In this document: one piece after another, positions 18,640-29,208 of the stretch
Layout: every line of letters starts with the position of its first letter
How positions within the stretch are numbered: position 1 is the stretch's first letter
Assembly (NCBI RefSeq): GCF_047605585.1
Contig: NZ_JASGFK010000002.1
Location: 544,328 to 608,327, forward strand
Length of the DNA: 64,000 nucleotides
From: Asticcacaulis sp.
GTDB taxonomy: Bacteria > Pseudomonadota > Alphaproteobacteria > Caulobacterales > Caulobacteraceae
Direction: 5' to 3'
Notes under the pieces: model-generated
What the model saw: only the letters and a program-made list of their open reading frames with translations
Told to the model about the DNA's origin: nothing
Databases searched by the model: none
Made by a program: the position numbers and the translations under genes

Positions 18640-19461
18640 GAGCAGTTCTGCCAGTCTGAGAAATTCGGCCGGGCTGACCTGCTCCGCCCGCTCGGTAGGC
18701 ACGATCCCGGCTTTCTCGAGCAAGGCTTCGCCTCCGAGCGATTTGAGCGAGGCACGCAGCATCTTGCGGCGTTGGCCAAAGGCAGCGGCGGTGACCTTTT
18801 CCAGATTACGTATGACACGCGCCGCCGGACGCTCGGATTTCGGCTTCAGGTGCACCACGGCGCTGTCTACCTTCGGCGGCGGCGTAAAGGCGCGTGCTGG
18901 CAGGTCCATGATCTTCTCGCAGTGACACAGAACCTGGGAGATCACAGACAGCCGGCCATAGTCATCATCGCCCACCGGCGCCACGACACGCAGCGCCACT
19001 TCCAGCTGGAACATCAGGGTCATGGAAAGCGGCTGCCACGGGCCTGTCAGCCACTTTATCAGCAGGGGGGTGCCAACATTATAGGGCAGGTTGGAGACGA
19101 TATGGGCTTGCGGCGGTAAGTTGCGGTCTGCAAGCGACTGCGCTTCGTTCACCTTCGTGGCGTCGCCCTCTATCACTTCGAAGCGGTCGCCATAGACGCC
19201 GTTCAACTCGCCGAGCAGATCGATGAAACGGTTGTCCATCTCGACCGCGATCACTTTACGGGCTTCAGTTTCCAGCAGGGCGCGGGTCAGGCCGCCGGGG
19301 CCTGGGCCGACCTCAATCACCACATCGCCATCGAACGGCCCACCGAGGCGGACAATCTTGCGTGTGATGTTGAGATCGAGCAGGAAGTGCTGGCCGAAGG
19401 ATTTCTTGGCCATCAGGCCATGGGCTTCCAGGCTTTCGCGCAGTGTGGGCAAATCGGTCAT
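18637..19461 (-). CDS. rsmA: 16S rRNA (adenine1518/1519-N6)-dimethyltransferase
   Basis: …KKSFGQHFLLDLNI…VIEVGPGPGGLT… KsgA signature. Stop codon lies inside the repeat-element terminus. Confidence 0.93.
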   Translation of the reverse strand: MTDLPTLRESLEAHGLMAKKSFGQHFLLDLNITRKIVRLGGPFDGDVVIEVGPGPGGLTRALLETEARKVIAVEMDNRFIDLLGELNGVYGDRFEVIEGDATKVNEAQSLADRNLPPQAHIVSNLPYNVGTPLLIKWLTGPWQPLSMTLMFQLEVALRVVAPVGDDDYGRLSVISQVLCHCEKIMDLPARAFTPPPKVDSAVVHLKPKSERPAARVIRNLEKVTAAAFGQRRKMLRASLKSLGGEALLEKAGIVPTERAEQVSPAEFLRLAELL

Positions 19462-20459
19462 GCGGCGGCCCGGTTGCGGCTGATGGCGTCAGCAGCGCGG
19501 ATGGCGGCCACAAGACTGTCGACGCGCGCAATGCCCTTGCCGGCGATATTGAAACCCGTGCCGTGATCGGGCGAGGTGCGGACAATCGGCAGGGCGAGCG
19601 TGATATTGACGCCGCCCCAGAAATCAAGCGTTTTCAATGGGATCAAACCCTGATCGTGGTATAGGCACAACGCCGCGTCGTAACCGGCGCGCGCCTCGTC
19701 GTGAAAGAGCGTATCCGCCGGAAATGGCCCGCGAACATCAATGCTTTCGTTTTGCAACTGGTTGATGGCGGGGGCCAGAATGTCGATCTCCTCGCGGCCG
19801 ATTGTACCCCCTTCGCCGGCATGCGGGTTCAGGCCGGCCATGACCAGACGCGGCCTGGAAATGCCAAAGTCCTTCGTCAGGGCCGCATGGGTGATGCGCG
19901 CCAGTTCGACAAGGCCATCAACCGACAGGGCGTCAGGCACGGCCTTGAGCGGTGTATGGATGGTCGCCAGTACGACGCGCAGATCCTTGGCGGTCAGCAT
20001 CATCACTGGCGTAGGCACAGTGTCACCTTCGCGGCAAAGCTCGGCGAGATATTCCGTATGGCCGGGAAAAGCAAAGCCGGTGGCATACAGAACCGACTTG
20101 GCGATGGGGCAGGTGACCAAGGCCCGTGCCTGTCCGGTCTGGCAGAGAACTACGCCGGTTTTGATCCAATCGATGATATGAGGCGCATGCCGGTTGTCGG
20201 GCTTGCCGGCGAGCACGGGTGCGCTTACGGGGATGTCCAGCACCGGAAGGGCGCTGGAAAAATGCTCTGCCGTTTCCGATATCTCTCTGACGGGCGCCAT
20301 GGGCACGCCCTGCGCGGCCATAAGGTTGGCGTCGCCGATCACGCAAAAGGCAAGACCAGCCTGATCTCTCAGGCTGGTCCAGGCTTTCGCCGCGAGTTCC
20401 GGACCGATCCCCGCGGGATCGCCCAGGCTCATAACCAAAGGCGGGCTAGTGGTTTTCAA
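19458..20459 (-). CDS. pdxA: 4-hydroxythreonine-4-phosphate dehydrogenase
   Basis: MSLGDPAGIGPEL… PdxA N-terminal motif. ATGA overlap with rsmA. Classic surA-pdxA-rsmA operon. Confidence 0.92.
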   Translation of the reverse strand: MKTTSPPLVMSLGDPAGIGPELAAKAWTSLRDQAGLAFCVIGDANLMAAQGVPMAPVREISETAEHFSSALPVLDIPVSAPVLAGKPDNRHAPHIIDWIKTGVVLCQTGQARALVTCPIAKSVLYATGFAFPGHTEYLAELCREGDTVPTPVMMLTAKDLRVVLATIHTPLKAVPDALSVDGLVELARITHAALTKDFGISRPRLVMAGLNPHAGEGGTIGREEIDILAPAINQLQNESIDVRGPFPADTLFHDEARAGYDAALCLYHDQGLIPLKTLDFWGGVNITLALPIVRTSPDHGTGFNIAGKGIARVDSLVAAIRAADAISRNRAAA

Positions 20460-21792
20460 TCGTCGCCGTGCTTCTCAGTTCGCGCAGGTAACGCTTGCCC
20501 AGCATCGACAGACGCTGGTTGACCAGGTTGTTTTCCACCTGATCGCGTGACAGGGCGTTATCCCCGGCCAGCGCCCGATCGCAGACATAGAGAACGTTCA
20601 TGTTCTGCGCATTCTGCAGCGGCGCGGTGCTGTCGTTTGTCTTCAGCGGACGCAGGGCATCCGAATAGTTGGCCAGCAGGGTGCTGAGCTGGGCATCGCC
20701 CAGATCGCTGAGCTGAATGCCGGCCGGCGCCTTGCTGCTGGCTTCATCAAAGGCCTCGCAGCTGGTAACCCGCGAGCGGAAGGCAGCCAGGGTGGCATTG
20801 GCGCTAGCGACCTCCTGCGGGCTGGCATTGGCGGGCAGGGAGACGGCCGCCTGGCGCAGACGGAAAATCATGTCGGCATTACCGTCGGTTTTCTGACGCA
20901 GCAGGTAGATATAGACGCCGTCCTTGGTGGGGATCGGCTCGCTCATTTCGCCGGTTTTCAGGCTGGTCAGGACGCTTTCCACGGACGGCTCGATATTGCC
21001 GGACACCAGCCAGCCGGCGTCGCCACCATTGGCAGCCGAGGGGGCGTTGGAAAACTGGCGCGCCACGGCCTGGAAGGGCGCGACCTTGTCGGCAATCTGC
21101 TCACGCAGCTGCTTGGCACCCTGCAGGGCGTTGGCCGGCGAACCGGCGGCGGCGTTGTCGATATAGATTTCAGCCACGAGATATTGCGGCTTCTGGCCAT
21201 CAGCGATCACCTTGTCCATCAGCGAATCGACCTGGGCCGAACCGACATTGGCGTTGGCGTGATAACGGCCGCCGACCAGCTGGCTCCAGCCCGATTCGGC
21301 GGATATCTGGGCGCGCAGGGTGGCCGGTTCGACGCCGACCCGTTTCAGTTCACTCAGGAGCTGGTCGGATTTCAGATTGCTCTGTGCCGCCATTCGCGTG
21401 ATTTCGTCGTCCACATCGGAATCGCTGACCTTGACCTTCCAGTGATCCATTTCCTGCTGCTGCAGGCGCTCGTCGATCAGGCTGTTCAGGGCCTGCTGCT
21501 GGAAAGCCGCATAGTTTTCCTGGGTGACCTGCACGCCGGAGGTCACGATCAGCAGCAGCATGCGCTGCTTCAGGTCGTAGGAGGTGATCATGTCGTTATT
21601 GACCGACACAATGATGCCCTCGCCTAGAGTAGGCAACTGCGGTGCCTGTGTATGGGAGGTCAGGGCCGGCTGGGACGCCAGGGCCGCCTCTCCGGTATCT
21701 GGCGTCTGCGGGAAGCCCTGCTGCGCGAAGGCGGCAGGCGCGCCGAGCGCCAATACCATGGATAGGGTCAGAAAGGACGAAACCTTGGACAT
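20446..21792 (-). CDS. surA: Periplasmic chaperone/PPIase SurA. Start set at the signal-peptide Met (MSKVSSFLTLSMVLALGAPAAFAQ).
   Basis: Signal peptide, SurA N-terminal chaperone domain, and parvulin PPIase domain. Downstream of lptD. Confidence 0.85.
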   Translation of the reverse strand: MSKVSSFLTLSMVLALGAPAAFAQQGFPQTPDTGEAALASQPALTSHTQAPQLPTLGEGIIVSVNNDMITSYDLKQRMLLLIVTSGVQVTQENYAAFQQQALNSLIDERLQQQEMDHWKVKVSDSDVDDEITRMAAQSNLKSDQLLSELKRVGVEPATLRAQISAESGWSQLVGGRYHANANVGSAQVDSLMDKVIADGQKPQYLVAEIYIDNAAAGSPANALQGAKQLREQIADKVAPFQAVARQFSNAPSAANGGDAGWLVSGNIEPSVESVLTSLKTGEMSEPIPTKDGVYIYLLRQKTDGNADMIFRLRQAAVSLPANASPQEVASANATLAAFRSRVTSCEAFDEASSKAPAGIQLSDLGDAQLSTLLANYSDALRPLKTNDSTAPLQNAQNMNVLYVCDRALAGDNALSRDQVENNLVNQRLSMLGKRYLRELRSTATIENH

Positions 21793-21837
21793 ATTGCGGC
21801 CGAAAGACAGAGGTGAGGACATGATCATGGGGGTTAA

Positions 21838-24555
21838 TTAGCGAACATCGTTGACCTTGGAAAGTGATGTTCCCAATGTGGTTAAGTTAAGGCGGAAGAA
21901 TATCGAGGATGACGGTTTGCCATTTGCGGTGGTCAGCGCGGTGTTGTTTTGCTGATAAACCAGCTCGAACCAACTGCAGTCGTCCTTGTAGATCAGGCTG
22001 AGTGTAGACTTCCGCCAGCTATCCGCCACAAGATCGCGATCGATCCGGGTAGAGACACCCCAGTGATCAGAAAAGAAGTGCTGCGCGTAAATCTGGAAAT
22101 CACGGTAATTGTCTCCAAATCGGATCAACTTGCCGTCTGCGTCCAGCTCAGTCGGAGAGGTAAGGACATTATTGACGATGTAGCGCAATGTGCCCATCGT
22201 GTTCTTGCTCTTGGCGGTAAGGCCGTATTCCCCCTGGCTAAGGTGGCCGGTCTCGCTGTCGAAACGCAAGCGAGCGTAACCGTTGTAAGTTTTTTTCGTC
22301 TGGAAGCTACCGGTCATGATCCAGTCGGAATTCTGGCTGCCTAAGCCGGAAGGATCGTAAGTATAGGACTGCCCATTGATGGCAACCGTTTTAAGAAATT
22401 GCGATTCAGGCTTATCCCGCAGAACACGGCCGATCAGGCCATCTAATTGCAATCCTGAATTGAAGCGTAATTCGCCACGCAGACCCAGGTTCAGGCGTTT
22501 CCCGGCTTCATAAACGTCGAAACCGGGGGATTTGTTGAAACTGAAAAGTGTGGTTTCATCGAACTCAAAGGACTGACTGTCTTCGGTAGGGATATAGGGG
22601 CTGGTCTGGGCATCCGGAGATACGGCCAACTGGGCGACAGGCTCGATAATGGCCGTGAAGCTTTTGAACTTACGGTACAGCGGATAGCTGATATTCAGTC
22701 CCGCTGTAGACAGATCGCGCGATTCTTCCTCAGTGAGGCCGTTTCCATCCAGGTTGCTGACACGATAATAGTCATGGCGCAGATCGACGAACGGACCCCA
22801 TTTGATACCGCTGCGGGTTGTCATGTCGCCTTCCCAGGTCAGGCCACCGCTTATACGATTGGTGTCGTAACCCGCTGTCTTGACCACGAGGCCGCTTGGG
22901 GCACCGATCTGAGAGGCTGTCAGCCCTGTACTCGTGCTGCTCGTCAGGCTTTTATGATACACACCGATGGCATTGGCGGAAAAGGTCAGTTGGCCGCCCA
23001 GGATACGCGACTTTGGAGACCAGTATGCCTCGATCTGCGGTGCGATCGTGGGGAAATAGTCTGAACTGATTGCGTAGGGCTGGAGTTTAGCGCTATCCAG
23101 ATAGCCACCGACCTGCAGGCTCTGGAAACTCGCCATGGTAATGGCAAAGTAAGCGTTGGAAACCTGCCGGGTGACATTGACCTGATTGATGAGCTGGCGT
23201 GAATCCACGCTCAGATCGCCGACCTGATCGAAAGCGCCATCGATGCCGTAGCGCTCGAAGAAGTTGGCGTAGTCTCCCTTGGAATCTCCGCTCTCGTCCT
23301 TGACGTGCTGTGCCGTGAAGTTCCAGCGCCAGTTCTTGTTGATCTTGAAAGCGCCATCCGCCAGTAGGTATTCGCGTGTCGCCGAAGCACCATGACGATC
23401 ACCGTCATTGTCGAAGAAGGCTTCGTTCGTAAAACCGCCCCTAATATGCAGAGTGCCAGAATAGAAACGACGCTTGTACTCCATGTTCAGCAGCGGATTG
23501 ACGCTGGCATTGAGCTGCGGGCTGATAATCAGATATTGATAGGGCGAGATCGACCACAGATAGGGCTGTTCATACGAAAAACCGCGTTTCCGGCCAGTCG
23601 ATATCTTGGGAAACAGGAAACCTGAGGCACGATCCAGGTCGGGATCGGGCGTCCAGAGATAGGGCGAATAGAGGACCGGGACGCCTTTGAGCTTCACCAC
23701 GGCGTTATTGTAGAAGACCATCTTCTTGTCTTTACGCTGGGTGATCTGGCTGGCCTCGATCGACCAGGTCGGCGACTGGGTTTCACCATTTTTCACGCAC
23801 AATGCACAGGGCGTGTAGATGACATTGGTCAGGCGATTGATGTCCGGATTGACCTGTTCCAGACGACGGGCGAAGACCTTGGAGTTGTTGCGGCCGATTG
23901 AGGCGAAATTCTCGCTGTAGCCCGACTGCATGTTGTCGTCATAGCGAATATGATCGGAAAACTGGATGCTACCGTCTTCGGCAATGGTCCGGGTATGCCC
24001 CTCGGCCTCGGTGACGCCGGTCGTCGAGTTGGTGGTGACCTTGTCCGCAATGATCGTGCGTCCATTCTGCCGCAATTGCACATTGCCGGTCGCAGTCGTT
24101 ACACCATCTTCGCCGTTAAGGACATGGTCGGCTTCCAGGTAGGACTGATCAAGCACCAGACCGTCATTGCCAGGAACCGTGGCGGTTCTGACGACCTTGC
24201 GAACGGGTTTGGCATTGGCGTAGGGCGGGCGGTCTTCGGGATTTGCGGGGCTTGTGCTGTCCGCAGTGGCGGCCGTACCGTCCGTTACTGCGTCTGCACT
24301 ATCCGTTACGGCATCCGCGCTATTCGTTATGGAGCTTGTGGTATCAGTTGTGGTCTGGGTCGGATCGGCCGTGCCGGCAGTTACCTGCGCCATCGCCAGT
24401 TCGAAGGCCAATTGACTGCCTGTGCGGAAGCCGGAAGTAGATGCGCTCTGCGATTGCGCCATGACGTGCCCACAGCCGCAACCCGCAGCGATTAGGGTGA
24501 TTAACCCTGCACCGAGTCTGCTTCTGTCCCGTCCGTGTGTGTTGCGCTTAATCAT
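21838..24555 (-). CDS. lptD: LPS-assembly outer-membrane protein LptD. Start set at MIKRN… with a signal peptide.
   Basis: OstA/LptD N-terminal domain and large beta-barrel (…YTPCALCV…SPTWSIEASQI…VLYSPYLW…). Position lptFG-lptD-surA. Confidence 0.9.
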   Translation of the reverse strand: MIKRNTHGRDRSRLGAGLITLIAAGCGCGHVMAQSQSASTSGFRTGSQLAFELAMAQVTAGTADPTQTTTDTTSSITNSADAVTDSADAVTDGTAATADSTSPANPEDRPPYANAKPVRKVVRTATVPGNDGLVLDQSYLEADHVLNGEDGVTTATGNVQLRQNGRTIIADKVTTNSTTGVTEAEGHTRTIAEDGSIQFSDHIRYDDNMQSGYSENFASIGRNNSKVFARRLEQVNPDINRLTNVIYTPCALCVKNGETQSPTWSIEASQITQRKDKKMVFYNNAVVKLKGVPVLYSPYLWTPDPDLDRASGFLFPKISTGRKRGFSYEQPYLWSISPYQYLIISPQLNASVNPLLNMEYKRRFYSGTLHIRGGFTNEAFFDNDGDRHGASATREYLLADGAFKINKNWRWNFTAQHVKDESGDSKGDYANFFERYGIDGAFDQVGDLSVDSRQLINQVNVTRQVSNAYFAITMASFQSLQVGGYLDSAKLQPYAISSDYFPTIAPQIEAYWSPKSRILGGQLTFSANAIGVYHKSLTSSTSTGLTASQIGAPSGLVVKTAGYDTNRISGGLTWEGDMTTRSGIKWGPFVDLRHDYYRVSNLDGNGLTEEESRDLSTAGLNISYPLYRKFKSFTAIIEPVAQLAVSPDAQTSPYIPTEDSQSFEFDETTLFSFNKSPGFDVYEAGKRLNLGLRGELRFNSGLQLDGLIGRVLRDKPESQFLKTVAINGQSYTYDPSGLGSQNSDWIMTGSFQTKKTYNGYARLRFDSETGHLSQGEYGLTAKSKNTMGTLRYIVNNVLTSPTELDADGKLIRFGDNYRDFQIYAQHFFSDHWGVSTRIDRDLVADSWRKSTLSLIYKDDCSWFELVYQQNNTALTTANGKPSSSIFFRLNLTTLGTSLSKVNDVR

Positions 24556-24695
24556 TGCCGCCGCATCAGTCCTGTAATTCAAGTCCGTCAGACCGCCGGC
24601 TGAACGCCGATCCGTTTGTATAACACAGCCGGCCTGTATGCCGACCAAAAAGACATCGGGTTGTCGAGAATCACCCGTTAAAGACTTTAGCCTGT

Positions 24696-25856
24696 TTAGC
24701 CGTCTTCAGTGTAAACGAGCAGGGTCATGGCTGCCAGCATGGCCAGGATGGCGGGAGACCAGCCGGCCAGGGCGATGGGAATGACGCCGGCCTTACCCAT
24801 GCTGGAAAACAACTGGTTGACGAAAAAGATGACGAAACCAAGGCTGATGCCAGAAATAACCAGTCCGGTCATGCCGCCCAGACGCATCAGGCGCAGGCTG
24901 AACACGGCGCCGAGCGCTGTCATGGCGGCGAACATCAGCGGCGTCGAAAGCAACTGGTGCAGTTTCAGCTCATAAAGCGCGGTTGAAAAGCCTGAGATGC
25001 GATTTTGAATAATCAGGCCCGGCAAACGCCAGAAAGGCACGCTCTGGGTAGACGCATACTTCTTGAACGCCTTTTGCGGGTCGAGATTGGAGGGGATCGT
25101 CAGCATGTCGTAAGGCGGGGTCGGCGGTCCGGTCACCGTGGCTTCCTGGGCGTTGCGCAATTGCCAGTAGCCAGGACGCAGGGTCGCTTCCGCCGCATCG
25201 ATACGCTTGCGGAAGATAGGAATCTGTTTTGTGTCGATATCGTAAACCCAGAAGGTCACGCCTTTCAGATGGCCGGGCACCTGATCTTGGCTGGCGCCGC
25301 GGATGACGATCTGCTGATGACCGTCACCCTGACGCAGGTAAACGGCGCCGCCTTCTGGGGCGTTGGCGGGCACATCCTCGTCCACAGTGGCCATGGCCTT
25401 GTCGTACTGGTCGCTCAGCAGGGAAGCGACGGGGTTGAGCACACCGATAGTCAGTATGCCAAAGGCAAAGGCCGTAACAGCCGCCGGCGTGACGAAACGC
25501 CAGGCCGATACGCCGGCGGCGCGCATGGCAATCAGTTCGCTGCGGCGATTGAGATTGACGAAGGCAAACAGAGCTCCGAACAAAAAGGCGAAGGGCAAGA
25601 GCACGAGGATTGACGCGGGCGCTTTCTCCAGCATCAGCCCGATAACCGACAGGCCTGAGACATCGGCCTTGGCGCCCAGTGATTTCGAAATGCCGACATA
25701 TTCGATAAGGAAAATCAGGGCGGCCACGATCATCAGGGATGACAGGAAAGCCGAGATGCAGGTCTGGAGAATATAGGTTTCCAGGCGGCTGTTGCGCCAG
25801 GGATTGAGGCGGCCCAGGCCGGAAAGGGAAGGCAGCTGATCGATCGGTTTCATCAT
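24696..25856 (-). CDS. lptG: LPS export ABC permease LptG
   Basis: LptF/LptG permease family, six TM plus a periplasmic beta-jellyroll. Second permease of the pair directly upstream of lptD. Confidence 0.85.
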   Translation of the reverse strand: MMKPIDQLPSLSGLGRLNPWRNSRLETYILQTCISAFLSSLMIVAALIFLIEYVGISKSLGAKADVSGLSVIGLMLEKAPASILVLLPFAFLFGALFAFVNLNRRSELIAMRAAGVSAWRFVTPAAVTAFAFGILTIGVLNPVASLLSDQYDKAMATVDEDVPANAPEGGAVYLRQGDGHQQIVIRGASQDQVPGHLKGVTFWVYDIDTKQIPIFRKRIDAAEATLRPGYWQLRNAQEATVTGPPTPPYDMLTIPSNLDPQKAFKKYASTQSVPFWRLPGLIIQNRISGFSTALYELKLHQLLSTPLMFAAMTALGAVFSLRLMRLGGMTGLVISGISLGFVIFFVNQLFSSMGKAGVIPIALAGWSPAILAMLAAMTLLVYTEDG

Positions 25857-25862
25857 GCCCTC

Positions 25863-26999
25863 CTACAATGGCCGCAATGTTTCGCGCGCAGCCTTCTTGC
25901 TGCTGCGGATAATGGTCAGCGAGCCATCAAACCTGCGGATCATGCGCAGACTGACGAAGACGGGAATGAGCGGCACGACATACTGAAGAATGTTCAGTAT
26001 CCAGGCTGCACCACTGGCAGTTTCCATCACCACGCCCAATATGCGAGTGGCGCCAGCGGCGGCCGCGGCTATGGCGATGCGCTTGGCGTAACCATTTCGG
26101 CTGAAGGCGCCGCCGAGCACGCTGACAATGGCCAGCATGACGAAGGCCAGGTTATAGAGCGGATTGGCAAGCCGTGCGTTGGCTTCGGCATAATATTTTT
26201 GCCAGACCGTCTTTTCGTAGTCGTAGCGAATGGGGAAGACGAGTTCGTGCATGTAGCGATCGCCTTCCTTGAATTGGAGATAGTCGTCGCTGGTAAAGTA
26301 GGACGTGATGTCGAAGCTGTATTCATCCCAGGTCAGGTGGTCGAGCACCCCCTTGCCGGAAAGCCGTTGATTCGAGCCATTGCGCATGATCAGAATGGAG
26401 CTGCCATTGATCTTCTTGATGCGGCCTTCACGGGCGGCAAAAGTCTGGTCCTTGCCGTCCGGTTCATCGGTGCGGATGAATATCTGGCGGAGCAGGCCAT
26501 TCTGCTCGATCTGCTGCACATAGATGGTAAGGCCATTATTCGACGTGGCGAAGTCACCTTCCCGAATCAGGCTGGAGATCAGGTCATTCTTTACGTCGAA
26601 AAGCTCCTGCCGCATTGCCCGGTTGGTGAGGGGCTGGATGAACAGGTTCACCGCCAGGCTGATCAGGGTGAAGTAGACGCCGATACGCAGGATGGGATAG
26701 GCCACGCGCATCAGCGACATGCCGCTGGCATAGGCCGCGGTGAACTCGTGCTCGCCCTGCATGCGCGTCAGGGCGACGAGCGTGCCGACAAACAGCGCAA
26801 TCGGAAAGATCAGGCCGGCGAGTTGTGGCATGGAGAGCAAGGTGATCTTGACGAAGGTCCAGGCGTTCTGGCCGCGCTCCACCACCAGGTCGAACTGGGT
26901 CAGGGACTGGCTGAGCAAGGCGATGCCAGTCAATGCCGCCACCGCACCGCCAACTGGCAAGATCAACTGGCGGAATATATAGCGGTCGAGTGTTCGCAT
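25863..26999 (-). CDS. lptF: LPS export ABC permease LptF
   Basis: MRTLDRYIFRQLILP… canonical LptF N-terminus. YjgP/YjgQ permease family. Confidence 0.87.
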   Translation of the reverse strand: MRTLDRYIFRQLILPVGGAVAALTGIALLSQSLTQFDLVVERGQNAWTFVKITLLSMPQLAGLIFPIALFVGTLVALTRMQGEHEFTAAYASGMSLMRVAYPILRIGVYFTLISLAVNLFIQPLTNRAMRQELFDVKNDLISSLIREGDFATSNNGLTIYVQQIEQNGLLRQIFIRTDEPDGKDQTFAAREGRIKKINGSSILIMRNGSNQRLSGKGVLDHLTWDEYSFDITSYFTSDDYLQFKEGDRYMHELVFPIRYDYEKTVWQKYYAEANARLANPLYNLAFVMLAIVSVLGGAFSRNGYAKRIAIAAAAAGATRILGVVMETASGAAWILNILQYVVPLIPVFVSLRMIRRFDGSLTIIRSSKKAARETLRPL

Positions 27000-27268
27000 A
27001 TTTGAGGATAACTCATCAAAGCCAGTAGAAGTCGCCGGGTAGAGACAGTCGGGTCCCCTTTTGACCGCTTAAAGAGTTAATTACAAGCGGTTGGATGCCG
27101 CCCCGCAAAAAAATTGAACACATATGTACAGTCGCCGCACGAAAGCCGTGGAAATATACCGGCGGCGGTAACAAAAAAGTTGCAAAAAAGGCTTCTGTCC
27201 GCAGGCAAAAAGGGGCATAGGGCTAAAGCCCATAATGTCCGAAACCGGACCTGCTACGGAGACCTTCC

Positions 27269-28744
27269 ATGCCGCAACCGACCATCACCCTGTCCCAAAC
27301 GGCTGCCGCGGGCAGTGCCCTGGCGGTCATTCTCGGTGAGGGCGATGCCGGAAGCCACGGGTTTGAGACGCTGACGCCGGGATCGGTTTCCGCCATCCGG
27401 TCTAGCCTGTCCGCCTTCGGTTACAAAGGGGCGAAGGGCAAGTCGCAGATTCTCGGCGCGCCCGCAGGTATGGATGTGGCCGCCCTGGTAGTGGTCGGTG
27501 GCGGTGAGCTGGCCAAGCTGGATGAAGCCGGTATGGAGACCGTTGCCGCCAGTCTCTACCATTCGGTCAAGGCATCGGGTTTCGAGAGCCTCAGCCTCGA
27601 TGTAACCGGTTTTTCGCCGGCCCTGGCGGCGCGCGCGCTGCTGGCCTTTCATCTGGCCTCCTACCGTTTCGACAAGTATTTCGGTGCGGCCAAGCTGGAA
27701 AAGGCGCCGACCCTGAAGGCCATCACGGTCGTCTGCGACGATGTGGCAGCGACGGAAGCGGCCTTTGTGCCGCTGGCGGCCCTGCGTGACGGCATCCTGT
27801 TTGCTCGCGATCTCGTATCCGAGCCGGCTAATGTGCTTTATCCGCAATCCTATGCCGACCGCGTGAAAGCGCTCGAGACCATCGGCCTCAAGGTCGAGGT
27901 GCTGGGAGAGACCGAGATGGAAAAGCTCGGCATGCATTCGCTTCTGGGCGTGGGGCAGGGCAGCCGCAAGGAATCCAAGCTGGTGGTCATGCAATGGAAC
28001 GGCGCGGGCGACGCCCAACCGGTGGCCTTTGTCGGCAAGGGCGTGACCTTCGATACCGGCGGTATCTCGATCAAGCCGGCCGAAGGCATGGAAGACATGA
28101 AGTGGGACATGGGTGGTTCGGCCGCCGTGGTCGGCACCATGATCGCGCTGGCCAGCCGCAAAGCGAAGGCTAATGCCGTCGGCATCATCGGCCTGGTCGA
28201 GAACATGCCGGACGGCAATGCCCAACGTCCGGGCGACGTGGTCAAGGCCATGTCCGGCACCACCATCGAGGTTATCAATACAGATGCCGAAGGCCGCCTC
28301 GTTCTGGCCGATGCCCTGTGGTACTGTCAGGATCGTTTCAAGCCGCAGTTCATGATCGACCTGGCCACCCTGACCGGCGCCATGATCATTGCGCTCGGCA
28401 TGGATTATGCCGGTGTTTTCAGCAACAACGATGAGCTGGCTGAGAGAATCGGTGAGGCGTCGAAAGCTTCCAGCGAAAACACCTGGCGCATGCCGCTGCC
28501 ACAGCAGTACGAAAAGCAGATCGATTCGAAAATCGCCGATATCCGCAATATCGGCGGCCGCCCGGCGGGCTCGATTACGGCGGCCCTGTTCCTCCAGCGC
28601 TTCGTCAACAATGTGCCGTGGGCCCACATGGATATCGCTCCGGTGGCCTGGACCAACGAGCAGCGTTTGCCGACCGTGCCGGAGGGGGCGACCGGCTTTG
28701 GCGTGCGCACCCTGAACCAGTTGGTCGAACGCTTCTACGAGTAA
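27269..28744 (+). CDS. pepA: Leucyl aminopeptidase (M17)
   Basis: NTDAEGRLVLADAL M17 active-site signature. Conserved divergent pepA/lptF arrangement with holC downstream. Confidence 0.93.
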   Translation: MPQPTITLSQTAAAGSALAVILGEGDAGSHGFETLTPGSVSAIRSSLSAFGYKGAKGKSQILGAPAGMDVAALVVVGGGELAKLDEAGMETVAASLYHSVKASGFESLSLDVTGFSPALAARALLAFHLASYRFDKYFGAAKLEKAPTLKAITVVCDDVAATEAAFVPLAALRDGILFARDLVSEPANVLYPQSYADRVKALETIGLKVEVLGETEMEKLGMHSLLGVGQGSRKESKLVVMQWNGAGDAQPVAFVGKGVTFDTGGISIKPAEGMEDMKWDMGGSAAVVGTMIALASRKAKANAVGIIGLVENMPDGNAQRPGDVVKAMSGTTIEVINTDAEGRLVLADALWYCQDRFKPQFMIDLATLTGAMIIALGMDYAGVFSNNDELAERIGEASKASSENTWRMPLPQQYEKQIDSKIADIRNIGGRPAGSITAALFLQRFVNNVPWAHMDIAPVAWTNEQRLPTVPEGATGFGVRTLNQLVERFYE

Positions 28745-28758
28745 CCGGGCTTTTGCAC

Positions 28759-29208
28759 ATGCCCGACATCTGGTTTTATCATCTGGAAAAGACACCTCTG
28801 GCACAGGTTCTGCCGGACCTGCTGGAAAAGGTGGTGCAAAAAGGCTGGCGGGCCTATGTGCATGGCCATGACGATGACACGATTGACGCCTTGAATGGCC
28901 AGTTGTGGAGTTACAGTGCCGCCTCTTTCCTGGCGCATGGTCGCGAAGGCGACGATCTGGCGCCGCGCCAACCGGTCTTGCTGGGCACGTCCGGCGAGAT
29001 TGCCAACGGGGCTGAGGTCTATGTCTCTGTGGCGCCTGTCGATTTCCCGGATATCAGCGGCCTGCAGCGCTGTTTGCTGGTGTTCGAAGGTTCGGATGAC
29101 GATCACCTGGCCTGGGCGCGCGGCCAATGGAAAAGATTGAAGGGTGAGGGCGCGGACCTGGCCTACTGGAAGCAAAACCCGCAGGGACGATGGGAGAAAA
29201 TGCAGTGA
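28759..29208 (+). CDS. holC: DNA polymerase III subunit chi
   Basis: MPDIWFYHLEKTPLAQVLPDLLEK… HolC signature. Internal ATG at 28759 rather than the far upstream track start. Confidence 0.88.
   Translation: MPDIWFYHLEKTPLAQVLPDLLEKVVQKGWRAYVHGHDDDTIDALNGQLWSYSAASFLAHGREGDDLAPRQPVLLGTSGEIANGAEVYVSVAPVDFPDISGLQRCLLVFEGSDDDHLAWARGQWKRLKGEGADLAYWKQNPQGRWEKMQ

Noticed and set aside
19701-20522. 273-aa + strand ORF
   Set aside because: Antisense to pdxA and the 5' end of surA. No domain signal.
29190-29204. ATG at 29190 as the start of the I78 lipoprotein gene
   Set aside because: The GTG at 29205 gives a canonical lipoprotein signal peptide (MKTSLV…AVAAC), has a GGGAGA RBS at proper spacing, and overlaps the holC stop in the common GTGA arrangement. 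The ATG remains a possible alternative.
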